Shown: in pieces, positions 38,508 to 47,090 of the stretch
Position numbering within the stretch: position 1 is the stretch's first letter
Layout of the letters: every line of letters begins with the position of its first letter
Origin: Bacteroidales bacterium
GTDB taxonomy: Bacteria > Bacteroidota > Bacteroidia > Bacteroidales > FEN-979
DNA length: 64,000 bases
NCBI GenBank assembly: GCA_017882335.1
Contig: JADGPR010000008.1
Location: forward strand, 2,268-66,267
Direction of reading: 5' to 3'
The notes under the pieces: generated by a model
What the model was told of the DNA's origin: nothing
What the model saw: the letters and a program-made list of their open reading frames with translations, nothing else
Databases searched by the model: none
Position numbers and translations under genes: made by a program

Positions 38508-39611
38508 TTATGCCGGGATGAACCTGACCGCAGTGGCTTTGAAATGGAGCCAGATCTTCTTTCCTTCCTTGAGTTTAAGATGTGCCAGCGATTCAGCCGT
38601 GATCAGCGCGTGAAGCGTGATCCCTGCATCAACAACGACATCAATACCCCTTACTCCGGGAATGATCTCGGTGATGGTTCCCTCGAAATTATTTGTTGCA
38701 CTCGAATCAAAAGATTCAATGGAAAGGATGATATCTTCACCCCTGATCAGGATAAAACCCTCAGGCCCGGTATCAGGCGGGAGCAGCCTGACGGCAATGG
38801 TTTTATCTACAATGGCAACGCTGTTATTATTCTCACTGGCTAACCGTGCCTTGAAAAAATTCCTGGCTCCGACAAAATGTGCAACAAACTCTGATTTTGG
38901 ATTCCGGAACACCTTTTCCGGTGTGCCTTCCTGGATAATGGATCCATCATGAATTACCGCAATTCTGTTACCGAGTGAAAGGGCTTCTTCATAATCATGC
39001 GTCACATGAAGGATCGTTTGTCCCTGACGGTGGATATTCCTTAATTGGCTTCGGAGGTCTGATTTAATGCGGGTATCGAGCGAAGCAAGGGGTTCGTCGA
39101 GCAACAGAACCTTAGGTTGCTGGATCAGCGTCCGGGCCAGGGCAACCCGTTGCATCTCCCCGCCCGAAAGGGTGGAAGGCCTCCTGTCAAGAAGTCCTGA
39201 GATACTCAATTGTTCTGCAATCAGGTGAACCCTCTCTTTTTTTTCTTCACGACTTACTTTCCGGGCGTGCAGGGAATAGGCGATGTTTTCGTAAACAGTC
39301 ATGTGTGGGAAAACAGCATGGTCCTGGAATACCAACCCGATTCCCCGGTTCTGGATCTTGTGATGGGTAATGTCGTTGCCTTCCATTATTATGTATCCGC
39401 TTTCGGGATGAACCAGCCCGGCTATGGTTTCCAGTAACATCGATTTACCTGCGCCAGACTCGCCCAACAGAATGAAATAATCACCCTGTTCAACCGAGAA
39501 AGAGACATCCTTCAAACAGAAATTCAAAAATCGCTTTGAAATATTTTTAAGTTCTAGAATAATGTCACCCCTGCGGGGTTCAAGGGTATTTTTTATTTTT
39601 TTTTTCACCAT
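38508..39611 (-). CDS. wtpC: Tungstate/molybdate ABC transporter ATPase with C-terminal TOBE domain
   Basis: GESGAGKS, LSGGEMQR, LLLDEP, HVTHD; TOBE SATNNFEGTI..ALIT..FKATAV. First ~18 aa are repeat-derived. Confidence 0.85.
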   Translation of the reverse strand: MVKKKIKNTLEPRRGDIILELKNISKRFLNFCLKDVSFSVEQGDYFILLGESGAGKSMLLETIAGLVHPESGYIIMEGNDITHHKIQNRGIGLVFQDHAVFPHMTVYENIAYSLHARKVSREEKKERVHLIAEQLSISGLLDRRPSTLSGGEMQRVALARTLIQQPKVLLLDEPLASLDTRIKSDLRSQLRNIHRQGQTILHVTHDYEEALSLGNRIAVIHDGSIIQEGTPEKVFRNPKSEFVAHFVGARNFFKARLASENNNSVAIVDKTIAVRLLPPDTGPEGFILIRGEDIILSIESFDSSATNNFEGTITEIIPGVRGIDVVVDAGITLHALITAESLAHLKLKEGKKIWLHFKATAVRFIPA

Positions 39612-39790
39612 TTTGCTAGAATAATGTCACCCCTGTGGGGTTCAAAGGTATTTTTTATTTTATTTTTCACCATTTCGCTAGAATAATGTCACTCCTGTGG
39701 GGTTCAAGGGTATTTTTTATTTTTTTTTCACCATTTCGCTAGAATAATGTCACCCCTACGGGGTTTATAGGTATTTTTTATTTTTTTTCG
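39554..39790. repeat. Four tandem 61-62-bp REP-like units with a CCCC-N3-GGGG hairpin
   Basis: Units start at 39554, 39616, 39678, 39739: ctagaataatgtcacccctRYggggtt..ggta-T-tract-caccatttcg. Confidence 0.93.
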
Positions 39791-40582
39791 CTATTTCGCT
39801 ACTTCGCTATTTTTCTCTTTCGCAAGCCATCTCAGCATGATAAACAATGTCAGGGAAATCAGGATGAATAAAACAGAAACAGGCCGTGCATATTTCAATC
39901 CGAAAGCCCCAAACCGTTCATAGATCAGCACCGGTGTAATCATGGGGTGATAAGCAACGACGATAACGGCACCGAATTCACTCATTCCGCGTGCAAACAT
40001 GAGGATCAGGCCTGAAACAACATTTCTCCAGGCCAATGGCAGGGAGATGGTGAAGAAAACCCTGGCCGGTGTTGCACCCAGCGTAAGTGCTGCCTTTTCA
40101 GTACGTTCCGGAACACCGGCAAAACCGTCACGGGCAGCATTTATAAGGTATGGAATGCTCACAAACGCCATAGCAATGGCGATCCCGGCAGGATTCCCGA
40201 TAAAATTCAGGCCGATAGCCGAACCCATTTTACCCAATACGGTGTCCCTGGAAACGAACCCAAGGATCGCGATCCCGGCTGCAGAATGAGGAATCACAAT
40301 GGGAAGGTCAATAATGCCTGTAACCAACTTTTTGAGGGGGAATTTTTTTCTTGCCAGGAGATAAGCGAGTGGAATGGCAGCCAATGCAAATAACGAAGTA
40401 GCCGCCATCGAGGTCCAGATGGTCAGCCAGATACTGCCGGTGACTTCTTTGTCTTTTGCTGTCTCAAACAAACTCTGCGGACTGGTCTTGAAGAACATCC
40501 CCAGCAAAGGGGCCAGTATGAAAAGCAGGACCAGCGACCCGAGGAGGATGAAGACCAATTGTATGGGTTGATAGCGTTTCAA
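39791..40582 (-). CDS. wtpB: Tungstate/molybdate ABC transporter permease
   Basis: DLPIVIPHSAAGIA, EAA-like EKAALTLGA, ARGMSEFGAV..AYHP. Confidence 0.85.
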   Translation of the reverse strand: MKRYQPIQLVFILLGSLVLLFILAPLLGMFFKTSPQSLFETAKDKEVTGSIWLTIWTSMAATSLFALAAIPLAYLLARKKFPLKKLVTGIIDLPIVIPHSAAGIAILGFVSRDTVLGKMGSAIGLNFIGNPAGIAIAMAFVSIPYLINAARDGFAGVPERTEKAALTLGATPARVFFTISLPLAWRNVVSGLILMFARGMSEFGAVIVVAYHPMITPVLIYERFGAFGLKYARPVSVLFILISLTLFIMLRWLAKEKNSEVAK

Positions 40583-40657
40583 TTTTTGGTATTTGGTATT
40601 AGGTTTTAGGTATTAAAATTTCGTGACGATTTACGCGTTACGCGAAAAGAATTTTCG

Positions 40658-41623
40658 CTATTTCCCTTCTTTTGCAAATGCTTTCAGCTCTTTCGGAAGT
40701 TTATCGTAATTCTTTGTTGGCATGGGCAGAACCGATGATTGTCCATTCTTCTCCATGATTTTCATCCCCTTTTCTTTGGAAAGAAGGAACTGCAGAAACG
40801 CAATAGCTGCCGGTTTATTCGGTGCATCGCGCAACATCGTTACACCATAAACCATGGGTTCCCCTTTCACGGTTTCTTTCTTTCCCGGTTCTTTTCCGTT
40901 GATCTCTGTAACGGCTTTGGCATATAGTGCGGCAAAACCCATGTTTTTCAGGTTGATCTCATCGGGCAGAGTAATGTATTTCAGGTTATGTTGAATAGCG
41001 ACCGAGCGGTAAAGAAAGATATAATCGATGCTGCCTGATTCCAGTAATGCAAGCAGGTCAACTTCTTTCGGCCGGATGTAGTTCTGATCCTTGCCGGAAA
41101 TCATTTTTGCAAGTCCCGGTTTTTTATAAAATTTCTCTGCCAGTTGAAGTGACATGACGGTACGATAGCCGCAGGGATCGGCATTGGGATCAGCACGGCC
41201 AAAAGCAACTTCATTTTTCATCAGGAGTTCATACCAGTTTTTCGAATTAATCTGGCCGGCAAGTCGAGATTTTTCCTGGTAGACGATTGAGAGTTCATTA
41301 CTGACAAACTTGATGTTCCAGTCTGCATATTTCGGGATCAGCATGTTATCAATCACTCCATAATCGGATGATGCCAGAATATCGCATGGACGATTGAGAT
41401 CGGTGATTTTCCGGGCAGAAGCCACACTGCCAGCCGATTCCATCAGGATCTTCACATTCGGATACAATTTATTGAATTCAGCAGCAATTTCCTTAAAAGG
41501 AACCGAAAGACTTCCAGCATGAAAAATGATCAGATCACCTGAAATAGCATCGTTTTTTTTCTGACTGAATATAGAAATGGACATTAATGCTGCCGTAATA
41601 AGTAGAAAATATTTCTTCGTCAT
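40658..41623 (-). CDS. wtpA: WtpA-type tungstate/molybdate-binding protein
   Basis: IFHAGSLSVPF, GSVASARKI, DPNADPCGYR, RPKEVDL, YIFLYRSVA, YGVT: WtpA-like pattern, longer than ModA. Confidence 0.85.
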   Translation of the reverse strand: MTKKYFLLITAALMSISIFSQKKNDAISGDLIIFHAGSLSVPFKEIAAEFNKLYPNVKILMESAGSVASARKITDLNRPCDILASSDYGVIDNMLIPKYADWNIKFVSNELSIVYQEKSRLAGQINSKNWYELLMKNEVAFGRADPNADPCGYRTVMSLQLAEKFYKKPGLAKMISGKDQNYIRPKEVDLLALLESGSIDYIFLYRSVAIQHNLKYITLPDEINLKNMGFAALYAKAVTEINGKEPGKKETVKGEPMVYGVTMLRDAPNKPAAIAFLQFLLSKEKGMKIMEKNGQSSVLPMPTKNYDKLPKELKAFAKEGK

Positions 41624-41685
41624 AACTAAAGATTATCGTAGACATTATTATTCTGCATTCTGATTTCTGAATTCTTAATTCTGAA

Positions 41686-42060
41686 TTATTCCAAGTCCTG
41701 GATGAATTTCTCAAATCCTTCCTGAATAACAGAATCCACCGCTGCATGAAAATGGTCGAAAGCCTGTACCAGTTTTTTCCCTTCAGGTGTGAGCATAGTG
41801 CGGCCTCCGTCACTTCCGCCCCGTTGTTTTTCCAGAAGCGGGAATCCGAAGAATTGCTCGATCTTTTTCAGGTTACCCCATGTTCTGCGATAAGTGTATC
41901 CGAGCTCATCACAAGCAGCTTTTATGGATCCTTTTTCTTCGATCAGTTTCAGTATCTGCCATTTTCCATCGCCAAGGATCCCCTTTTCATCTTTATCAGA
42001 CATCCATATCTTGTAATGAAGGTGGATGCTCGATAAGCGGTTAGTGAATGTTTTTTCCAT
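41686..42060 (-). CDS. ModE-family winged-helix regulator (DNA-binding domain only)
   Basis: ILGDGK..LK.IEEKGSIKAAC.ELGYTYRRTW, RGGSDGG.T.LT; 124 aa with no molbindin/TOBE domains. Confidence 0.85.
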   Translation of the reverse strand: MEKTFTNRLSSIHLHYKIWMSDKDEKGILGDGKWQILKLIEEKGSIKAACDELGYTYRRTWGNLKKIEQFFGFPLLEKQRGGSDGGRTMLTPEGKKLVQAFDHFHAAVDSVIQEGFEKFIQDLE

Positions 42061-42094
42061 AGGTTACAATGTTTACGCAAAATTAGTTTTTTTT

Positions 42095-42118
42095 CGATAT
42101 GTCGGTATCAACATATCG
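42095..42118. promoter_or_regulatory. Putative ModE-type operator CGATATGT-N8-ACATATCG
   Basis: Perfect inverted repeat between the divergent modE and pruA promoters; second copy at 46119-46142. Confidence 0.75.
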
Positions 42119-42186
42119 AAAAAAATATCTATAAAATAGAAGCGTTCTAAATAATTTGTACATTTGCATACAAAAAGTTTGAATTT

Positions 42187-43827
42187 ATGAACAATGCAAT
42201 TTTTAACATGGAACGCCCGGTCAATGAACACGCGATGGATTATGCTCCGGGTTGTAAAGAAAGAAAAGCGCTGAATTCAGAACTCACCCGTATGAGCAAT
42301 GAAGTGATAGACATTCCGCTGATCATCGATGGGAAGGAAGTCAGGACCGGCGATACCGGGAAGATTGCGATGCCTCATGATCACCAGCATGTGCTTGCCA
42401 ATTATCATAAGGCAGGAGAGAAGGAGGTGAAAATGGCCATTAATGCAGCCCTGAAAGCCCACACGGAATGGTCATCCTTTTCCTGGGTCGAACGGGTCTC
42501 CATCAACCTGAAGATAGCCGAGCTGGTGGCAAAAAAATACCGGTTTGTAATGAATGCCGCTACCATGCTGGGACAAGGAAAGAACGCATACCAGGCTGAG
42601 ATTGACGCAGCCTGTGAGACCATCGATTTTCTCAGGTACAATGCCTGGTTCACTTCTGAAATATATAAGCTTCAACCCAATTCACAATCGGGTGTAATCA
42701 ACCGCACGGAATACCGGCCATTGGAAGGATTCATCTTTACGGTTTCTCCGTTTAATTTCACTGCCATCGGCTCGAACCTGAACCTGGCTCCCGTGGTGAT
42801 GGGAAATACGGTGGTCTGGAAACCCTCCTCCACAAGCCTGTTATCAAATTACTATCTTATGAAGATTTACAAAGAAGCCGGTGTTCCAGACGGGGTGATC
42901 AATTTCTTACCGGGATCAGGGAGCCTGATCAGCAAAACAGTTTTAGAACACAGGGATTTTACCGGGATTCATTTTACCGGATCAACCGGGACCTTTAACG
43001 GGATTTGGAAGACCATCACAGAAAACATCAGGACTTACAAATCATATCCAAGGATCGTTGGTGAAACTGGCGGGAAAGACTTCATCTTTGTACATTCTTC
43101 CGCCGATCCTCAGGAAGTAGCCGTTGCCATAGTGAGAGGCGCTTTTGAATACCAGGGGCAAAAATGTTCGGCTGCTTCCCGTGCTTATATCCCGGAATCA
43201 TTATGGACTGATATTAAAAACCGGATGGGCGAAATGATCTCACGGATCACAGTAGGGGATGTCAACGAGTTCAGCCATTTTATGAATGCAGTCATTGATG
43301 AAAAGTCGTTTGATAACATCATGGGAACCATCGGCTATGCAAAAAAATCGAACGATGCGGAAGTGATCTTTGGCGGAAATGGCGAAAAATCGAAAGGATA
43401 TTTTATTGAACCAACTGTGATTCTCACAAAAGATCCCCATTTCAAAACGATGGAAGAAGAGATCTTTGGTCCGGTAATGACCATCTATGTTTATAAGGAT
43501 AAGGATTTTGAAGCTACCCTGAAGATCTGTGACCAGACTTCACCCTATGCCTTGACCGGATCCGTCTTTGCAAAAGACAGGGAAGCCCTGAACCATGCCT
43601 GTCGTATCCTGCGGTATGCTGCCGGAAACATGTACTTCAATGATAAGCCATCCGGTGCGGTTGTGGGACAACAGCCTTTCGGCGGTGCGAGAGGTTCAGG
43701 TACCAATGATAAATCAGGGAGTTTTCTGAACCTGTTACGCTGGACAAGCCCGAGGACGATCAAAGAAACCCTGATCCCTCCTACAGAATTTACTTATCCG
43801 TTCATGAAGGAAGACCGCTGTCACTGA
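42187..43827 (+). CDS. pruA: L-glutamate gamma-semialdehyde (P5C) dehydrogenase
   Basis: YRPLEGF, SPFNFTAI, HFTGST, GETGGKDF, FEYQGQKCSA, EEIFGP, QQPFGGARGSGTNDK. Confidence 0.93.
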   Translation: MNNAIFNMERPVNEHAMDYAPGCKERKALNSELTRMSNEVIDIPLIIDGKEVRTGDTGKIAMPHDHQHVLANYHKAGEKEVKMAINAALKAHTEWSSFSWVERVSINLKIAELVAKKYRFVMNAATMLGQGKNAYQAEIDAACETIDFLRYNAWFTSEIYKLQPNSQSGVINRTEYRPLEGFIFTVSPFNFTAIGSNLNLAPVVMGNTVVWKPSSTSLLSNYYLMKIYKEAGVPDGVINFLPGSGSLISKTVLEHRDFTGIHFTGSTGTFNGIWKTITENIRTYKSYPRIVGETGGKDFIFVHSSADPQEVAVAIVRGAFEYQGQKCSAASRAYIPESLWTDIKNRMGEMISRITVGDVNEFSHFMNAVIDEKSFDNIMGTIGYAKKSNDAEVIFGGNGEKSKGYFIEPTVILTKDPHFKTMEEEIFGPVMTIYVYKDKDFEATLKICDQTSPYALTGSVFAKDREALNHACRILRYAAGNMYFNDKPSGAVVGQQPFGGARGSGTNDKSGSFLNLLRWTSPRTIKETLIPPTEFTYPFMKEDRCH

Positions 43828-43875
43828 TCGTGACGCGTGACGCGTGACGCGGAAAAGATGAATGAAGCTTCAAAT

Positions 43876-46038
43876 TTATTCCTGGAACAGTGCAACGGTT
43901 TCAATCAATTCCGGAAGATCCATGCCGATATTTTTCAGGTGTTCGATCTTCGGAACGCCATTCTTATTCCATCCGCGACGCTCATAAACGGCATCAAGCA
44001 ACTGCTCATACTGATCTTCCCGGTATGTGCGGAGGACTGCCATCTTCTCTTCGGTTGACTTCCCGGAAGGATCAAACGCTACTTTTTCCAGCAGCTGTTT
44101 GTCATAACGTTCAGCGCGGGATTCATACTCTTCTTTCGTCACCGGTCCGCAGGCACGGTAGGGTTGTGCATCATGCTTACGCATACCATAGCCCCTGCGC
44201 AGGTTGAAAATCCGCTGAAAATTATAAACCCGTTCTGATTGCCTTAAAAGTTCAGTCTTATCGATATTCTGGCCGGTAACAGCATTAAATATGGTTACGT
44301 AATTGTCAACGTGCTCCGGCACTTTTGCGGGTTCGGAAGATTGGGGATTGTCTTCAGGTTCGACATCATTCCAAGGCAGTTTGCAGAATCCTGCCAATCC
44401 AAACCAGGTACGGAACATCGGGAAGTAATGCAGGGCTTCGGCTTTCTTTTCAAAGGTGGGGATCTGGTTGTTCACCATATCCATGAAGATCAACCATGCT
44501 TCGTCGTGCTGCGGTCCTTTGTTTGTCATTGCATACCCTCCCTGCTGTGCAAGGGATTCTTTGGAAACATACTGCGAATATTCCAGTCCTTTGTTTTCCA
44601 TTCCGATGTCCTGCATGAACTTCGGGTCTCCCCAGCCATTCTTTGCAAAAATTTCTTTCATCTTTCTGACTCCCTGTCCGGCGATGGGACCAAAGCCTTC
44701 ACCCCGTGAAACCTGGTGAAGGAGATCCATAGCTGCATCGGCATTCCCGAAATTCAGTTTCAGTCCGCCTGTACGTTCTTCATTCAGGATGCCGGTTTCA
44801 TAGCATTCCATGACAAAACCAAGAATGGTTCCCCAGCTGATGGTGCAGATGCCGTAAGTATCACAATAAAAGTTAGCTTCAATGGTGAAATCAGGATTAA
44901 AGATCCCGGCAATGGATCCCAACGATGAGGTTGTTTCGTATTCCGGTCCATCAACAATCACCTTATCCCCTTTGTAAGGGCCGGAACGAAGTTCGTAATT
45001 ATCAACACCTTTGGCGCACGACATGTTACAACCGATCCAGCATCCGTCGGGGACATTTTGAGTAAAATACGATTTCCAGACATCCCCGCGGATTTTAACT
45101 GCATCAGGATGGCTTCCAAACCGGAAATTGTTGACCGGGAGAAGGTCATAGTCGTTCATGATGAGGGTGAGGTGGGCCGTTCCTTTCGACCGCATTTCGC
45201 ATTGTTTGTCGTCCAATTCACGCATCTCTTTGTTGAAGCGGCGTCCGCGTTCCTGGATGGCTTCAAGGTTCGCCACATTGTTACGGTTTCCGCCGATGTT
45301 TTTCACCTTTGCAACCAGCGCCTTCACTTTTTTGTCGCGCAGCACTGTGCCGATCCCGCCGCGTCCGGCCTGCTTCAGGCGGACCAGTTTGCGTTTAGGA
45401 TCATAAAATGTGAAATTCAGCATCCCGATGAGGGAATGCTCGGCCGCAGTACCGGCAGCAACAACCGCCACATTCATTTTGTCCTTCTCATTGTCTTCCT
45501 TTGCAAAGGTTTCATGCAGGATTTCCCCGAGAATGTGGCTGTCGGAAGGCAGGTCGCCTGCTTCATAGATCTCAACAACTTCGCGCTCTTCGTCCAGTAA
45601 AATCATGATTTCCTGGTCCGACTTTCCCTGCAATTCAATGGCATCAAATCCGCAGAATTTCAGAAAAGGGCCAAAGAAACCGCCAACATTGGAGTCGACG
45701 ATGATATCGGTTTGCGGACTGATGGCGCAACAGATGGCTTTGCCGGCACCGGAATACTGAGTGATGCCGCAACAAGGCCCACCGGAAATGACGATCTCGT
45801 TTTCCGGGTCATTCCATTTTGTGCCGGGTTTCGTAGCATCCCATAATAGGCGGAGGTCAAATCCTTTTCCTCCAATGAATTTATCTTTCATTTGCTGGGT
45901 AACCGGCTTTTCCTTGATGGTGCGATCGCCAACATTTACATAAAGCGTGCGGTTGTTGTAGCCTTTGTCAATCGGGGCCCAGGTGTATTTGTAGGTTGCG
46001 AGCAGTTTGTGTTTTTCTTTGAATTCTGCGAGTTTCAT
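43876..46038 (-). CDS. Aldehyde:ferredoxin oxidoreductase family (tungstopterin, 4Fe-4S)
   Basis: FIGGKG, SNVGG, QAGRGGIG, CWIGCNMSC, GPEYET, CDTYG, GFCK, YERRGW..NGVP. Start moved to MKLAEF. Confidence 0.9.
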   Translation of the reverse strand: MKLAEFKEKHKLLATYKYTWAPIDKGYNNRTLYVNVGDRTIKEKPVTQQMKDKFIGGKGFDLRLLWDATKPGTKWNDPENEIVISGGPCCGITQYSGAGKAICCAISPQTDIIVDSNVGGFFGPFLKFCGFDAIELQGKSDQEIMILLDEEREVVEIYEAGDLPSDSHILGEILHETFAKEDNEKDKMNVAVVAAGTAAEHSLIGMLNFTFYDPKRKLVRLKQAGRGGIGTVLRDKKVKALVAKVKNIGGNRNNVANLEAIQERGRRFNKEMRELDDKQCEMRSKGTAHLTLIMNDYDLLPVNNFRFGSHPDAVKIRGDVWKSYFTQNVPDGCWIGCNMSCAKGVDNYELRSGPYKGDKVIVDGPEYETTSSLGSIAGIFNPDFTIEANFYCDTYGICTISWGTILGFVMECYETGILNEERTGGLKLNFGNADAAMDLLHQVSRGEGFGPIAGQGVRKMKEIFAKNGWGDPKFMQDIGMENKGLEYSQYVSKESLAQQGGYAMTNKGPQHDEAWLIFMDMVNNQIPTFEKKAEALHYFPMFRTWFGLAGFCKLPWNDVEPEDNPQSSEPAKVPEHVDNYVTIFNAVTGQNIDKTELLRQSERVYNFQRIFNLRRGYGMRKHDAQPYRACGPVTKEEYESRAERYDKQLLEKVAFDPSGKSTEEKMAVLRTYREDQYEQLLDAVYERRGWNKNGVPKIEHLKNIGMDLPELIETVALFQE

Positions 46039-46118
46039 AGGAGTCGGAATTAACAGGGATGGTTTCGAATGTAAAATTAAATAAAAAATCAATGTAACTG
46101 ATAGGAATTCAAAAAGTT

Positions 46119-46142
46119 CGATATGCCATGATGTGCATATCG
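46119..46142. promoter_or_regulatory. Putative ModE-type operator CGATATGC-N8-GCATATCG
   Basis: Perfect inverted repeat between divergent aor and thiF; same length and arms as 42095-42118. Confidence 0.75.
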
Positions 46143-46262
46143 ATGGAAGTCATTTCGGCAGGAAATCAGGTGATTAATCCATTTTTGTTAATTTTGCGTC
46201 AAAGAATGGATCACTGACTGAAAAACAGCGAATCCTTAAATCGTAAACACCAACACCGTGTC

Positions 46263-46841
46263 ATGACATTCGAAGAGATTAAGAAAATCCTTCAACACAA
46301 GATCGTGGGGATTGCCGGTGCCGGCGGACTCGGATCCAATTGTGCAGTGGCACTTGCCCGTGTAGGAACCGGTACACTCATTATTGCTGATTTTGATGTG
46401 GTGAGCGAGAGCAACCTGAACCGTCAGTATTTTTTTTATGACCAGATCGGGAAACCCAAAGCAGATGCACTAAAGGAAAACATTCAAAGGATCAATCCTT
46501 CCGTGAAGGTTATTACGCACAATATTTGTCTTACAAGAGATAATATTCCCGTCCTTTTCAGGGATTGCGATGTCATCGTTGAGGCATTTGACCTGGCAGA
46601 TCAAAAAGAGATGCTGATAGAAACCGTGCTGACTGAGTTTCCGGAAAAACCACTTGTCATCGGGCTTGGTATAGCCGGGTGGGGGAATAATGATGGTATT
46701 CATTGCCGGAAAGTAGATAATATGTTTATTTGTGGGGATGAGATCTCTGAAATTACTCCCGATTTACCTCCAATTGCCCCAAGAGTGGGGATTGTTGCCA
46801 ATATGCAGGCAAATATTGTACTGGACCTGTTGTTGAAGTAG
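46263..46841 (+). CDS. thiF: ThiF/MoeB family sulfur-carrier adenylyltransferase
   Basis: GIAGAGGLGS, DFDVVSESNLNRQ, VEAFD, APRVGIVANMQAN. Confidence 0.85.
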   Translation: MTFEEIKKILQHKIVGIAGAGGLGSNCAVALARVGTGTLIIADFDVVSESNLNRQYFFYDQIGKPKADALKENIQRINPSVKVITHNICLTRDNIPVLFRDCDVIVEAFDLADQKEMLIETVLTEFPEKPLVIGLGIAGWGNNDGIHCRKVDNMFICGDEISEITPDLPPIAPRVGIVANMQANIVLDLLLK

Positions 46842-46875
46842 AAAATGGAAGAAAGAATTTTGAAAATCTGAAAAA

Positions 46876-47079
46876 ATGCAAATCACTTTAAATAATAATT
46901 CGGAAATCCTTGAAGGAAACAGTATCACGGTAAATCATCTGCTCCAACTGAAGAAATTTACCTTTAAGATGCTGATCATAAAAATCAATGGAACCCTTGT
47001 ACAGAAGGGGTCTTACGAAACAACCGCCATCCATGACGGGGATGAGGTCTCGGTATTGCACCTCATTAGTGGCGGCTGA
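46876..47079 (+). CDS. thiS: ThiS/MoaD ubiquitin-like sulfur carrier
   Basis: 67 aa; ING..V, DGDEV, C-terminal SGG. Confidence 0.85.
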   Translation: MQITLNNNSEILEGNSITVNHLLQLKKFTFKMLIIKINGTLVQKGSYETTAIHDGDEVSVLHLISGG

Positions 47080-47090
47080 TTTTTTATCGG

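Noticed and set aside
39554-39790. Possible CRISPR array (61-62-bp period, palindromic core)
   Set aside because: The inter-core segments are near-identical T-rich sequence rather than unique spacers; no cas genes; single copies are dispersed elsewhere.
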